Source: Syntrophobacterales bacterium
GTDB lineage: Bacteria; Desulfobacterota; Syntrophobacteria; Syntrophobacterales; Syntrophobacteraceae
NCBI GenBank assembly: GCA_041310025.1
Contig: JBFYYO010000001.1
Location: forward strand, 1 to 62,955
Reading direction: 5' to 3'
Length of the DNA stretch: 62,955 nucleotides
In this document: piece by piece, positions 1 through 10,819 of the stretch
How the letters are laid out: each line of letters begins with the position of its first letter
How positions within the stretch are numbered: position 1 is the stretch's first letter
Program-made: the position numbers and the translations under genes
The notes under the pieces: generated by a model
Told to the model about the DNA's origin: nothing
Seen by the model: only the letters and a program-made list of their open reading frames with translations
Database searches by the model: none

Positions 1-300
1 GCTGGCGAGGTCGCTGATCTGTGCTGTGGATTCGACGAGATCCGCCATCCCCAGGAAATCCCTTCCCCCGATCCGCAGAAAGTGGCGCTGTTTGAACTGG
101 CGCAAAACAGTCATCAGCGAAGCCAGGGTCCCGGCCTGAGCAACGGATCGGATTAAATCCTGGTGAAGCTCGGCGACGGGCCAGCGGCGAAAGATGTTTC
201 TCTGGTCCCAGAGCCAATCCACGTATTCAGGATGACTTCTCATGAGAGTGGCGAAGTACTGGGAAGCCGTCCGAATCGTTTCCAGCTCAGCGTGCGACAT
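1..300 (-). CDS. glnE: 5' part (first 100 codons) of a glutamine synthetase adenylyltransferase-like protein; the gene continues beyond the window start
   Basis: Edge-truncated, so absent from the ORF track. Reverse translation from the ATG at 300-298 gives MSHAELETIRTASQYFATLMRSHPEYVDWLWDQ...LRQFKQRHFLRIGGRDFLGMADL. This resembles the N-terminal region of GlnE-family proteins. An in-frame TGA at 303-301 bounds the start. Confidence 0.5.
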   Translation of the reverse strand, partial: MSHAELETIRTASQYFATLMRSHPEYVDWLWDQRNIFRRWPVAELHQDLIRSVAQAGTLASLMTVLRQFKQRHFLRIGGRDFLGMADLVESTAQISDLAS

Positions 301-439
301 TCACAACCCCGGATGGTGGACGCTCAATGAAGGATGGTTCCTTCATGTACTCTTCGAGAGTACCCACTCGCTGGGCCAGTTGACCGTTCGGCATGTCTGC
401 TCCTTTTCACCTTGGAGATTGAACGAGCTGCATGGTCCA

Positions 440-469
440 TATATACCCTTTCGTCAGCTGTGTTCTCAA
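440..469 (-). promoter_or_regulatory. Candidate sigma70-type promoter for the glnE-like gene
   Basis: Minus strand reads TTGAGA (469-464), an 18-nt spacer, then TATATA (445-440). It lies about 45 nt upstream of a strong AAAGGAG ribosome-binding site. Confidence 0.3.
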
Positions 470-770
470 GCCTCCTTTTCCACCACCATGACACCCGCGA
501 ATTTGCTCGCTCGTCCGAAGGGTAAAGAGCTGCGTGCATCCAAAGGGCAATCGAAAGGTTTTGTGGATCATGCCCTCTCCGCCCGGACGCTCCTGCAGAA
601 GCCGATGTTCACACGCGACCCATATTGATGTAGGATTGAACAGTGTCGGCATCTCCAATCACTGCACGTGAAGGGAGTGAAATGCCGAATGGCCAACGAT
701 TCGAAAACAGAACCGTATGCTCTATCCTGGTCAAGCCACTTTTCCAGTGAGACCGGTCGAAAGGAATGCC

Positions 771-1520
771 ATGCAGATCGTGGGGATCATCCCGGCTCGA
801 TACCAGTCCAGTCGCTTTCCCGGCAAGCCGCTGGTCGAAATCCTCGGAAAGCCCATGATCCAGCACGTCTACGAGCGCTCGGCAGCAGCGACTGGGCTGG
901 ATCAAGTGTATGTGGCCACCGATGATTCCCGGATCGAAGCCGCCGTGCACCGGTTTGGAGGACGCTCCGTCATGACGCGGGAGGACCATGCCAGCGGGAC
1001 GGACCGGCTGGAGGAAGCTTGCGGAATCCTCAGGCTCAACAAAGACGACGTGGTCGTCAACATCCAGGGAGACGAACCCCTTGTCCACCCCGACATGATC
1101 GAAGACCTGGTCCGGGCGCTCCTCGAAGATCCGCGATGTCCCATGGCGACACTGGCCTTTTCGAGCCGGAATGAGATCCAATACCACGACCCCAATGTGG
1201 TGAAGGTCGTGACCGACCTTGGAGGCCGCGCCCTCTACTTTTCAAGGTCCCCCCTGCCCTTCCGGCGCGACCCCGATGCGCGTCCCCTCGAATTCCTCAA
1301 GCACCTGGGATTCTACGCGTACCGCTGCGGCTTTCTGAAGACCTTTTCGAAGCTGGGCCAGGGAACGCTTGAAGAAATCGAGAAACTGGAACAGCTCCGG
1401 GCCCTGGAGCACGGCTACTCCATTCGGGTCGCCCTGACCCCCCATGAAACCCACGGCGTGGACACCCCCGAAGACATCGAGGAGATCATGAAGAGACTTT
1501 CTCAGCGGACAGCCACATGA
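771..1520 (+). CDS. kdsB: 3-deoxy-manno-octulosonate cytidylyltransferase (CMP-KDO synthetase)
   Basis: ORF 717..1520 trimmed to the internal ATG at 771, which is preceded by AAAGGA. The N-terminus MQIVGIIPARYQSSRFPGKPL and the IQGDEPL motif are typical of KdsB. Confidence 0.9.
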   Translation: MQIVGIIPARYQSSRFPGKPLVEILGKPMIQHVYERSAAATGLDQVYVATDDSRIEAAVHRFGGRSVMTREDHASGTDRLEEACGILRLNKDDVVVNIQGDEPLVHPDMIEDLVRALLEDPRCPMATLAFSSRNEIQYHDPNVVKVVTDLGGRALYFSRSPLPFRRDPDARPLEFLKHLGFYAYRCGFLKTFSKLGQGTLEEIEKLEQLRALEHGYSIRVALTPHETHGVDTPEDIEEIMKRLSQRTAT

Positions 1521-1713
1521 CTAGGTGCTCGAGATCCAAAACGTCATTCCGTCTGCCTTTGGCCGGAACCCAGGTTTTCGTGACTGTTTGTTTCGGGCAT
1601 ACATTTCAGTGCTTGGATCATGAGCGAAACCGCCAGTGAGTGATGCAACTGTTAGCCTGGCTGATGACGGGCCATGCAAAACCTCCGTTTTTGATCTCTG
1701 TGAATGAAATCGG

Positions 1714-1741
1714 TTGCCAATCTCCGGTGAATCGATAAGAT
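1714..1741 (+). promoter_or_regulatory. Candidate sigma70-type promoter for carAB, implying a leader of about 310 nt
   Basis: TTGCCA (1714-1719), a 16-nt spacer, then TAAGAT (1736-1741), inside the 535-bp gap between kdsB and carA. Confidence 0.3.
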
Positions 1742-2055
1742 TGCCGGGTTTATATTCCAGGCAGCTTCAGCGCTGCCACCCCAGCACGACCAGAAACGGC
1801 CCTGTTGATCGGCTTGAGGCTCGCTCATGGCGTCATCTCTGGGAAAAGAGGGCCTGAATCCCCTGATCATCCGGTTTCCCGCCTTCGCGGGAACGGCGAT
1901 CAGCGGGTCTCGGACCGTTTTGAGCTTTTATGGAGCGCTCCGGGGCCGAGCATGACCGGGCCGAACCCGGGTGCCCTCCCTGCAAGCGGAGAGATTGCCC
2001 GAAATCGGCAGACAGACGGGTTCTTTTCGCATCACGCATCATTCAAGGATGATTT

Positions 2056-3216
2056 ATGTCTTCTCCATGGGAACGCACCCGAGCGCTGCTCGTTCTCGAA
2101 GATGGGACGGTGTTTCGCGGCACCGCTTTTACCGGCCAAGGGCGGGCTCTGGGTGAAGTGGTGTTCAACACCAGCATGAGCGGCTATCAGGAGGTCCTGA
2201 CGGACCCTTCCTACAAGGGTCAGATCGTCACCATGACCTACCCCCTGACGGGTACCTACGGGATCAACGATGAAGACATGGAGTCCGCCGCCATTCAGGT
2301 GGAGGGCTTCGTCGTCAAGGAGTACCAGGATTTCCCGAGCAACTGGCGCAGCAACCGGTCTCTTGCGGACTTCCTCAATGAGCACGGCAAGATCGGCATC
2401 GAGGGCATCGACACCCGGGCGCTGACCCGCCACATCCGGGTTGCCGGAGCCATGCGCGGGATCATCTCCACGGAAACCGAGGATGTGAAGAAGCTCCTGG
2501 AGCAGCTTGAGACCTTTCCGGGACTGAACGATATCGACATGGTGCAGCACGTCACGTGTGCCAAACCTTACCGCTGGCAGGGGGAGCCACTGTCGGTGGA
2601 CCTCGCGAATCCCTGGGATGGGAACGATCCACGCCATCGAGTGGTCACCCTGGATTGCGGCGTCAAGTACAACATCCTGCGCAAGCTGGAACAGGCCGGG
2701 TGCCAGGTGCTTGTCGTTCCCGCGCGCATCTCCCCCGAAGAGATCCTGAAGACGAAGCCCGACGGGATTTTCCTCTCCAACGGCCCCGGAGATCCCGCCG
2801 CCGTCCATTATGTCATCGAGACGGTGCAGGGGCTCCTCGGACACAGGCCGCTGTTCGGCATTTGCCTGGGGCACCAGATGATGGGGCTGGCCCTGCGCGG
2901 ACGCACCTTCAAGCTCAAGTTCGGCCACCGGGGAGCCAATCAACCGGTGAAGGACGTCACCACCGGAAAGGTGGAGATCACGTCCCAGAATCACGGCTAC
3001 TGCGTGGACCTGGAGTCCATGAAGGATTTGCCGGTCCGGCTCACGCATTTCAACCTGAACGACAACACCCTCGAAGGGATGGAGCACCTGGAGCTGCCTG
3101 CTTTCAGTGTACAGTACCATCCGGAGGCTTCGCCCGGGCCCCACGACGCCTCTTACCTTTTCGAGCGTTTCATTCGGCTGATCGAAAAGCACAAAGCGGC
3201 CAGGCGGATGGTTTAG
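2056..3216 (+). CDS. carA: Carbamoyl-phosphate synthase small (glutamine amidotransferase) subunit
   Basis: 386 aa. Contains the class-I GATase nucleophile motif GICLGHQ and the HPEASPGP motif. AAGGA lies 8 nt upstream of the ATG. Confidence 0.95.
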   Translation: MSSPWERTRALLVLEDGTVFRGTAFTGQGRALGEVVFNTSMSGYQEVLTDPSYKGQIVTMTYPLTGTYGINDEDMESAAIQVEGFVVKEYQDFPSNWRSNRSLADFLNEHGKIGIEGIDTRALTRHIRVAGAMRGIISTETEDVKKLLEQLETFPGLNDIDMVQHVTCAKPYRWQGEPLSVDLANPWDGNDPRHRVVTLDCGVKYNILRKLEQAGCQVLVVPARISPEEILKTKPDGIFLSNGPGDPAAVHYVIETVQGLLGHRPLFGICLGHQMMGLALRGRTFKLKFGHRGANQPVKDVTTGKVEITSQNHGYCVDLESMKDLPVRLTHFNLNDNTLEGMEHLELPAFSVQYHPEASPGPHDASYLFERFIRLIEKHKAARRMV

Positions 3217-3252
3217 GGTGTCCATATGCAGTGCACCTGAGGAAAGGATCAA

Positions 3253-6200
3253 ATGCCAAAGCGTACGGATATTCGCAAGATTCTGATCATCGGCTCCGGC
3301 CCCATCATCATCAGCCAGGCCTGTGAGTTCGACTATTCGGGGACGCAGGCCTGCAAGGCCCTCCGCGAGGAGGGATATGAAATCGTACTGGTGAACAGCA
3401 ATCCCGCCACCATCATGACCGACCCGGAGACCGCTCACCGCACTTACATCGAGCCCATCACCCCGGCGGCCGTCGCCAAGGTCATCCGCCGCGAGCGGCC
3501 CGACGCGCTGCTCCCCACCCTGGGGGGACAGACGGCCCTCAACACGGCGGTCAAGGTGGCCGAGATGGGGGTGCTGGCCGAGTACGGCGTCGAGATGATC
3601 GGGGCCAATGTGGACGTCATCAAGAAGGCGGAGGACCGCGAGCTTTTCCGGGATGCCATGAAGAAGATCGGGCTTCGCGTCCCAACCAGCGGCATCGCCA
3701 ACTCGATGCATGAAGTCGAGTCCATCGTGTCCGAGATCGGCTACCCGGTCATCGTCCGACCTTCCTTCACCCTTGGGGGCACTGGCGGCGGCGTCGCCTA
3801 CAACCGCGAGGAGTTGATGGCGCTCTCCCAGGCCGGCCTGGATGCGAGCCTCATCCGCCAGGTCATGCTCGAGCAGTCGGTTCTCGGGTGGAAAGAGTTC
3901 GAGCTCGAGGTCATGCGGGACCGGATGGATAACGTGGTCATCATCTGCTCCATTGAGAACCTGGACCCCATGGGGGTGCACACGGGGGACTCCATCACGG
4001 TAGCCCCGGCTCAGACTCTTACTGACCGGGAATACCAGCTCATGCGGGACGCCTCCATCGCCATTCTTCGGGAGATCGGCGTGGAAACGGGCGGCTCCAA
4101 CGTGCAGTTCGCTATCAACCCCGCCACGGGGGAAATGGTGGTCATCGAAATGAACCCGCGGGTGTCGCGCTCCTCGGCGCTTGCATCCAAGGCCACGGGC
4201 TTCCCCATTGCCAAGATTGCGGCCAAACTGGCCGTCGGCTATTCGCTGGACGAGCTGGCCAATGACATCACCCGCGAGACCCGGGCCTCCTTCGAGCCGA
4301 CCATCGACTACTGCGTCGTCAAGGTCCCGCGGTTCACTTTTGAGAAGTTTCCCAAGACCGAAGACCTGCTCACGACCTCCATGAAATCCGTCGGCGAGAC
4401 CATGGCCATCGGGCGCACGTTCAAGGAATCCCTGCAGAAAGCCATCCGCTCTCTCGAGATCGGGAGCTACGGCTTTTCGGATCCTCCCGCTGCCTCCGAC
4501 AGTCAGTATATCGAACAGCTTCGCCAGCAGATGAGACGCCCCAATTCCAAGCGACTTTTCCAGATTGGCGAAGCCTTGAAACTGGGGCTCTCCATTGAGG
4601 AAATCCATGAGCTCACGGCCATCGACCCCTGGTTCCTGCATCACATCCGGGAGATCGTTGACATGGAGCAGGCCATCCGGGATGCCGCGGCCTCCGGCTC
4701 CTTCCTGAACGACCCCGAAAAGCTCGCCATGGCCAAGAGGTTGGGTTTTTCCGACATCCAGCTCGGGAAGCTCACGGGAACCGATGAGGAAACCATCCGG
4801 CAGAAGCGCATCGAGTACGGGCTGAAGCCCGTCTACAAGCTGGTGGACACGTGCGCGGCCGAGTTTGAAGCCTACACGCCTTATTATTATTCCACTTATG
4901 AAACCGAGGATGAAGCCAGGCCGTCGTCCCGGCCGAAGGTTATGATCCTCGGCGGAGGCCCCAACCGCATCGGACAGGGCATCGAGTTCGACTACTGCTG
5001 CGTCCATGCGTCGTTTTCCCTTCGCGAGGAAGGTGTCGAATCCATCATGGTGAACTCGAACCCCGAGACCGTTTCCACGGACTACGACACCTCGGACAAG
5101 CTGTACTTCGAGCCGCTCACCCGGGAAGACGTGCTCCACATCATCGAGACGGAAAAGCCCCTCGGCATGATCGTCCAGTTCGGAGGACAGACCCCTCTCA
5201 ACCTGGCTGTGCCCCTGGAAAAGGCAGGCGGCAAAATCCTCGGGACCTCTCCCGATGCCATCGACCTGGCCGAAGACCGCAAGCGGTTTCAGCAGCTCCT
5301 GCAGAAGCTGGATCTCAAACAGCCCCGTAATGCCACGGCGTTCACCGTGGAGGAGGCCGTCGCGGCGGCCGAGGCCATCGGATACCCCGTCGTGGTCCGC
5401 CCTTCCTATGTTCTGGGAGGCCGCGCCATGGAGATCGTCTACGACGAGCCCATGCTGCGACGTTTCATGGCAACGGCCGTGCATGTTTCCCCCGGCCATC
5501 CGATCCTCATCGACCAGTTCCTGGAGGACGCCATCGAGCTGGATGTGGACGCCATCAGCGACGGCGAAACGACCGTCATCGGCGGCATCATGGAGCACAT
5601 CGAGCAGGCCGGCATCCATTCCGGCGACAGCGCCTGCGTGCTTCCCCCCATCAGCATCTCGCAGGAGCTGCAGGAGGAAGTCCGTCGACAGACCCGAATG
5701 CTCGCGGCGGAGCTCGGCGTCGTCGGGCTCATGAATATTCAGTACGCCATCCAGAAGGGCCAGATCTTCCTCCTGGAGGTCAATCCGCGGGCATCGCGCA
5801 CCATTCCCTTCGTGAGCAAAGCCATCGGGGTCCCCTTGGCGAAGCTCGCCACGAAGGTTATGCTCGGCAAGTCATTGAAGGAACTGGGGTTCGTCAAAGA
5901 GGTGGAGCCCAGGCACCTGTCGGTGAAGGAGTCCGTTTTCCCCTTTTCGCGTTTTCCCAATGTGGACATCCTCCTGGGACCCGAAATGAAGTCCACGGGG
6001 GAAGTGATGGGGATCGGAGACAGCTTCGGCATTGCATTCGCCAAGGGACAGGCCGCGGTGGGCTACGACCTGCCCACCGGGGGCACGGTTTTCGTGAGCG
6101 TCCGAGACATCGACAAACCCGGTCTGGTGCCGGTGGCCCGGAGGTTTTCGGAGCTGGGATTTCGGCTCATCGCCACCCGGGGAACGGCTGACTTTCTGCG

Positions 6201-6489
6201 TGACCACGGCATTCCCGTGGATAATGTCTTCAAGCTCCGCGAAGGTCGCCCCCATGTGATGGACCATATCAAGAACGGACAGATCCAGCTGGTGATCAAC
6301 ACGAGCCTGGGCAAAGAGACTTCCTCCGATTCTTACGAGATCCGGCGGACCACCCTGGTGTACAACATCCCGTACACCACGACCATCGCGGGGGCGAGGG
6401 CACTGGCCGAGGCCGTGAGCGCACTCCAGGACGGCGATTGGGATGTCAAGACGATCCAGGAGTATCATCAGGAAAATATTGAGAGATAA
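3253..6489 (+). CDS. carB: Carbamoyl-phosphate synthase large subunit
   Basis: 1078 aa with duplicated ATP-grasp halves (ACEFDYSG / GIEFDYCC) and a C-terminal MGS-like domain. It lies immediately downstream of carA. Confidence 0.97.
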   Translation: MPKRTDIRKILIIGSGPIIISQACEFDYSGTQACKALREEGYEIVLVNSNPATIMTDPETAHRTYIEPITPAAVAKVIRRERPDALLPTLGGQTALNTAVKVAEMGVLAEYGVEMIGANVDVIKKAEDRELFRDAMKKIGLRVPTSGIANSMHEVESIVSEIGYPVIVRPSFTLGGTGGGVAYNREELMALSQAGLDASLIRQVMLEQSVLGWKEFELEVMRDRMDNVVIICSIENLDPMGVHTGDSITVAPAQTLTDREYQLMRDASIAILREIGVETGGSNVQFAINPATGEMVVIEMNPRVSRSSALASKATGFPIAKIAAKLAVGYSLDELANDITRETRASFEPTIDYCVVKVPRFTFEKFPKTEDLLTTSMKSVGETMAIGRTFKESLQKAIRSLEIGSYGFSDPPAASDSQYIEQLRQQMRRPNSKRLFQIGEALKLGLSIEEIHELTAIDPWFLHHIREIVDMEQAIRDAAASGSFLNDPEKLAMAKRLGFSDIQLGKLTGTDEETIRQKRIEYGLKPVYKLVDTCAAEFEAYTPYYYSTYETEDEARPSSRPKVMILGGGPNRIGQGIEFDYCCVHASFSLREEGVESIMVNSNPETVSTDYDTSDKLYFEPLTREDVLHIIETEKPLGMIVQFGGQTPLNLAVPLEKAGGKILGTSPDAIDLAEDRKRFQQLLQKLDLKQPRNATAFTVEEAVAAAEAIGYPVVVRPSYVLGGRAMEIVYDEPMLRRFMATAVHVSPGHPILIDQFLEDAIELDVDAISDGETTVIGGIMEHIEQAGIHSGDSACVLPPISISQELQEEVRRQTRMLAAELGVVGLMNIQYAIQKGQIFLLEVNPRASRTIPFVSKAIGVPLAKLATKVMLGKSLKELGFVKEVEPRHLSVKESVFPFSRFPNVDILLGPEMKSTGEVMGIGDSFGIAFAKGQAAVGYDLPTGGTVFVSVRDIDKPGLVPVARRFSELGFRLIATRGTADFLRDHGIPVDNVFKLREGRPHVMDHIKNGQIQLVINTSLGKETSSDSYEIRRTTLVYNIPYTTTIAGARALAEAVSALQDGDWDVKTIQEYHQENIER

Positions 6490-6492
6490 CGT

Positions 6493-7878
6493 ATGTGCGG
6501 GATTTTTGGGGTTTACGACAATCCGGATGCAGCCAAGGTCACCTATTTCGGTCTCTACGCGTTGCAGCATCGTGGGCAGGAAAGCGCGGGCATCGCCGTC
6601 TCCGACGGATGCCATGTGCGGGAATACAAGCACATGGGCCTCGTTCCGGAGGTATTCAACGAAGAGACGTTGAAGAACCTCACCGGGAACCTGGCCATAG
6701 GCCACGTACGGTACTCGACGACGGGCTCCTCCCTGATCGCCAACGCGCAGCCTTTTTTGGTGTTCATCGGCAACGAATACTACGGAATCGCCCACAACGG
6801 CAACATCGTCAACGCGCTGGAGCTCCGCAGGGAGCTGGAGGCTGACGGAGCCATCTTCCAGTCCACGATGGACACCGAGATCATCATGCATTTGATGGCG
6901 CGGGAGCTCAGGCATGGTCTCGAAGAGGCGCTGGTGCGCGCCCTGAGTCGGGTCAAGGGGGCTTATTCGCTGGTCATGTGCACCCGCGACAAGCTCATCG
7001 GCATCCGGGACCCCCGCGGTTTTCGCCCGCTCTGCCTCGGTCGGGTGAACGGCAGCTATGTTCTGGCCTCCGAAACCTGCGCTCTGGACCTGATCGAAGC
7101 CAGCTACATCCGGGACATCGCGCCGGGTGAGATCGTCGTCATAGACCGTGACGGGCTCCGTTCTCTGCATCCTTTCAACCCGGAGCACCCGGCTCAATGC
7201 ATCTTCGAGTTCATCTATTTCGCAAGGCCTGACAGCAATATCTTTGGCCAGAATGTCTACCAGTTCCGCAAGCGCCTGGGGCGTTTGCTTGCTGAAGAGA
7301 ACCGCGGCCTTCGGGCGGATCTCGTGACGCCCTTCCCCGATTCCGGCAACTACGCCGCGCTGGGATTTGCCCAGGCTTCGCAGATCCCCTTCGAGATCGG
7401 GATCATCCGGAACCACTATGTGGGGCGTACCTTCATCCAGCCCAGTCAGGCCATGCGGGACTTCGGGGTCCGGGTCAAACTGAACCCCGTCCGCGAGCTC
7501 CTCGATGGGAAACGGATCTGCTGTGTGGAGGATTCCATCATTCGCGGCACGACGACGCGCACCCGAATCACCACGCTTCGGGAGGCGGGGGCGCGGGAAA
7601 TCAGCATGTTCGTGAGCTGTCCCCCCCATCGATTCCCGTGCCCGTACGGCATCGACTTTTCGACCAAGGGTGAGCTCATTGCCGCAACGCACACCATCGA
7701 AGAAATCAGGAAGTTCATCGGGCTGGACTCCCTGAATTATCTCTCACTGGAAGGTTTGCTGAAGGGTGCGGAAGCGCCCAGGAACGACCATCCTTATTGC
7801 CTGGCCTGTTTCACCGGGGAGTACCCGGTTCCCTTTGGAGAGCCTGTGACCAAGCACTGCTTCGAGCAGGCCGAATAG
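6493..7878 (+). CDS. purF: Amidophosphoribosyltransferase
   Basis: N-terminal MCGIFG (Ntn Cys1), PRTase-type DSIIRGTT motif, and C-terminal Fe-S cysteines (CPYGID, CLACFTGEYP). Confidence 0.95.
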   Translation: MCGIFGVYDNPDAAKVTYFGLYALQHRGQESAGIAVSDGCHVREYKHMGLVPEVFNEETLKNLTGNLAIGHVRYSTTGSSLIANAQPFLVFIGNEYYGIAHNGNIVNALELRRELEADGAIFQSTMDTEIIMHLMARELRHGLEEALVRALSRVKGAYSLVMCTRDKLIGIRDPRGFRPLCLGRVNGSYVLASETCALDLIEASYIRDIAPGEIVVIDRDGLRSLHPFNPEHPAQCIFEFIYFARPDSNIFGQNVYQFRKRLGRLLAEENRGLRADLVTPFPDSGNYAALGFAQASQIPFEIGIIRNHYVGRTFIQPSQAMRDFGVRVKLNPVRELLDGKRICCVEDSIIRGTTTRTRITTLREAGAREISMFVSCPPHRFPCPYGIDFSTKGELIAATHTIEEIRKFIGLDSLNYLSLEGLLKGAEAPRNDHPYCLACFTGEYPVPFGEPVTKHCFEQAE

Positions 7879-7914
7879 GTCACTCCCCGAGCTCTGCCGG
7901 AGTCTCGATTACCC

Positions 7915-8952
7915 ATGAACGAGATCGCGTCAGCTCCATTTTCCCAGTGTTTGGCCGAGACGCCCGTGAACGGCCGATCCGACCTCCTGGAGATCGCCCG
8001 GGAGGTGCTGCGGATCGAAGCGGAGGGCATCCTCCACCTCCTCGATCGGGTGGACGAATCTTTTGCCGAGGCCGCTCAGTGGATCTACGAATCGACCGGG
8101 CGGGTGATCGTCACGGGGATCGGCAAGTCGGGCATCGTTGGGAGAAAAATTGTCGCCACATTGAGCAGTACCGGCACTCCGTCGTTCTTCCTGCACCCGG
8201 TTGAGGGGATGCACGGCGATCTCGGCATGGTCCGAAGTGAAGACCTCGTGCTGGCCTTGTCCAACAGTGGTGAAACCGATGAACTGAATGTCCTCATTCC
8301 CAGCCTGAGACGACTCGGCACGCGGATCATCGCCTTCACGGGCAGGATCCCTTCGACGCTCTCCCAGCACAGCGACCTGGCCATTTACACGGGCGTCTCC
8401 AGAGAGGCCTGTCCCATGGGGCTCGCCCCCACAGCCAGCACAACGGCCATGCTGGCCATGGGTGATGCTCTGGCGGTGGCGCTCATCAGAATGCGGGACT
8501 TTCAGGCGGGCGATTTTCAGCGATACCACCCGGGCGGCCATCTCGGAGAACGCCTCCAGGTTCCGCTGCATGAAGTCATGAGCCAGGGGGATTCGATTCC
8601 ATTCGTCGGCCCCGACGCTTCGGTTCCCGAAGCGCTCCAGGAGATGAGTCGCAAGGGAGTTGGAGCCACCCTCATCATCGGGAATTCGGGTGAAGTCATC
8701 GGCATTTACACCGACGGCGACTTGAGGCGGTCCCTGAACAATTACCCGGATCTGCCACAGAGGCGCATCCACGAAGTCATGACCCGCAACCCGCGGTCCA
8801 TTTCTTCCGACCGGTCCGTGGCTGAAGCCCTCGAGATGATGGAGCGCCATCTGATCACGGTGCTGCCGGTCCTGAACGCTCAGGGCCAGCTGGCCGGTAT
8901 TCTCCACCTTCACGATCTTCTTGGCAAAGGCAAGATCCGGTTCACACGATAG
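7915..8952 (+). CDS. kdsD: Arabinose-5-phosphate isomerase (KpsF/GutQ family; SIS domain plus tandem CBS domains)
   Basis: SIS motif VTGIGKSG and SNSGET, followed by two CBS-like repeats at the C-terminus. Confidence 0.85.
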   Translation: MNEIASAPFSQCLAETPVNGRSDLLEIAREVLRIEAEGILHLLDRVDESFAEAAQWIYESTGRVIVTGIGKSGIVGRKIVATLSSTGTPSFFLHPVEGMHGDLGMVRSEDLVLALSNSGETDELNVLIPSLRRLGTRIIAFTGRIPSTLSQHSDLAIYTGVSREACPMGLAPTASTTAMLAMGDALAVALIRMRDFQAGDFQRYHPGGHLGERLQVPLHEVMSQGDSIPFVGPDASVPEALQEMSRKGVGATLIIGNSGEVIGIYTDGDLRRSLNNYPDLPQRRIHEVMTRNPRSISSDRSVAEALEMMERHLITVLPVLNAQGQLAGILHLHDLLGKGKIRFTR

Positions 8953-8968
8953 GGGCCTGCGAAGCCGC

Positions 8969-10819
8969 ATGTACAATCAACTTCTCTACTTTATCGTCGC
9001 CCTCCTCGTTTTCATGATTCAACAGCCGGGGGACAAGGCGCTGTTGTCTCCCGCCGTGACCCTCCTGGCCTCCTTCGCCTTATTCGGCATCTACTTGGCC
9101 CTTTGCCATCGAGCCTTCAGATCATTGAAGCGGGCCCTGAACGAAGACGTTTCCGCGGCGTGGCTTTCCCAAAGCTTCCACGCCGTTCAGGCGCGCCTCT
9201 CCATCCTGGGACTGTTATTTTTGGCGTGCTACGCGTTCGTTTTGAACGTGAACTTCTACCTGCAGGCCTTGCCTGGATTCCAGTGGAGCCAGACCCTGTC
9301 CGGCGCTGCAGGGGTGATTCTGTACATGATTCACCTGTCGGTGATCTGGGTGATGGGGCATCCGGTTTACCAGAGGATTCACAACTCGACCCGCAGTCTG
9401 GCCGCTTACCTGCGAGGCAGCGCATCCTTCCAGCTGGCGATTCTCGTTCCGTGGTTCCTCATTTCCATTCTCGCAGACTTGATGGACCTCGTGAAGAAGC
9501 CCCCGTTCTTCAGCTCCGATATCGGACAGGTGCTCTTGTTCGCACTCATGCTGGGCGGCTTTCTGAGCTTCGGGCCGTCTCTCGTGGTCAGGCTCTGGGG
9601 ATGCAAGACGCTGCCGGAGGGCGCGCTGAGGACTGCCCTGGAGGAGCTCACGGCCCGGCATCGCTTCAGGGTGGGGGATTTCAAGCTCTGGTCGCTTCTG
9701 GGCGGTGAAATGCTGACGGCCGGGGTCATGGGTGTTCTGCCGGGCCTGAGGTACATCCTCATCACCCCTGGTCTCATCTCCCTCCTGGATCGGGAAGAGC
9801 TCGAAGCCGTGGTGGCGCATGAAATGGGTCATGTCAAGCGTTTGCACCTGCCTTTCTACATGCTTCTGTTTCTGAGCTTCTTCACCATGGCCCTTTCCTA
9901 CCACGACCTCTACGTGGACCTGATCTCCTTTTCGTTCTACCAGAGCGATACCCTGCTGGGTCTGGCCATGGAAAACAGCTCAACCGCCGCCACACTGTTT
10001 TCGTTCTTCTATGTCGGCCCCATGCTGCTGGTCGTTGTTCTCTATTTCCGGTTCATCTTCGGATTCTTCATGCGAAACAGCGAACGGCAGGCTGACCTCT
10101 ACGCTCTGAAACTGCTCGGCCACCCGTATACCCTGATCTCCTCGCTCGAAAAGATTGCCTACGCCAGCGGACGCATTCGAGACCTGCCGAGCTGGCATCA
10201 CTTCAGCATCCGTGAGCGCATCGATTTTCTCTGGCAAGCCCATGAGAATCCGGGGCTTCCGCGAAGGCACGACAGGAAGCTCTATGTTGCTGCAGCACTC
10301 TTTATTGCTCTAGCGGCGGTCCTGACCTGGGCAGGACCTCAGCTGGAACAGACATCGGCGGCACGCCAGTGGCGCCAGCACGTGTGGGTCAAGACCCTCG
10401 AGAGCGCCATTCAAAAGGACCCGGGCAATCCTCAGCTCCAGGCTATGCTCGGAGGTCTCCTGTTGGAGCAGAAGCAGTATACGGAAGCTGAAAGCCATAT
10501 GCTACGCGCTCTGGAGCTCGCCCCCGAGGATCCGACCCTTCTCAACAACCTCGCCTGGATGTACGCGACTGCACCACCCCCCTTCGCCAATTCGACGGCC
10601 GCCCTCCAACTGGCCGAAGAAGCTGTCCGGCTCAAGCCCGAGCCCTTTGTCTGGGACACGCTGGCCGAAGCCTATTATGTGAACGGGCTCTACGAAGAAG
10701 CTGTTACGGCCATAGACCAGGCAATCCGGAATGCCCCCGACAATCGAGCCCACTACCTGGAGCAGAAGGAGAAGTTCCAGAGAGCCATGGAACGGGAGGA
10801 GCAAGGGCCATCGAGCTGA
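8969..10819 (+). CDS. Polytopic membrane M48-family zinc metallopeptidase with a C-terminal TPR domain
   Basis: ORF 8921..10819 trimmed to the ATG at 8969, just after the kdsD stop. Shows several hydrophobic segments, the HEMGH zinc motif, and C-terminal TPR-like repeats (NNLAWMYA, AEAYYVNGLYEEA). Confidence 0.8.
   Translation: MYNQLLYFIVALLVFMIQQPGDKALLSPAVTLLASFALFGIYLALCHRAFRSLKRALNEDVSAAWLSQSFHAVQARLSILGLLFLACYAFVLNVNFYLQALPGFQWSQTLSGAAGVILYMIHLSVIWVMGHPVYQRIHNSTRSLAAYLRGSASFQLAILVPWFLISILADLMDLVKKPPFFSSDIGQVLLFALMLGGFLSFGPSLVVRLWGCKTLPEGALRTALEELTARHRFRVGDFKLWSLLGGEMLTAGVMGVLPGLRYILITPGLISLLDREELEAVVAHEMGHVKRLHLPFYMLLFLSFFTMALSYHDLYVDLISFSFYQSDTLLGLAMENSSTAATLFSFFYVGPMLLVVVLYFRFIFGFFMRNSERQADLYALKLLGHPYTLISSLEKIAYASGRIRDLPSWHHFSIRERIDFLWQAHENPGLPRRHDRKLYVAAALFIALAAVLTWAGPQLEQTSAARQWRQHVWVKTLESAIQKDPGNPQLQAMLGGLLLEQKQYTEAESHMLRALELAPEDPTLLNNLAWMYATAPPPFANSTAALQLAEEAVRLKPEPFVWDTLAEAYYVNGLYEEAVTAIDQAIRNAPDNRAHYLEQKEKFQRAMEREEQGPSS

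Noticed and set aside
242-658. ORFs 242..628 (+), 324..539 (-), 334..525 (+) and 407..658 (-) in the glnE/kdsB divergent region.
   Set aside because: They overlap one another, lack RBS signals and have implausible composition. The region is better explained as promoter/leader DNA.
1695-1745. ArgR (ARG box) operators upstream of carA, based on two GTGAAT words.
   Set aside because: The two words are 27 bp apart rather than about 21 bp, and neither forms the TGAAT-N4-ATTCA palindrome.
2032-5619. A 1195-aa ORF antisense to carA/carB. Similar long antisense ORFs occur at 5872..7692, 35123..36556, 40697..42415, 44229..45767, 50030..51541 and 61504..62565.
   Set aside because: Each lies opposite a gene with unmistakable conserved motifs. 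Their translations are Arg/Gly/His/Asp-rich with no recognisable domains. Stop-poor antisense frames are expected in GC-rich genomes with strong GC3 bias.
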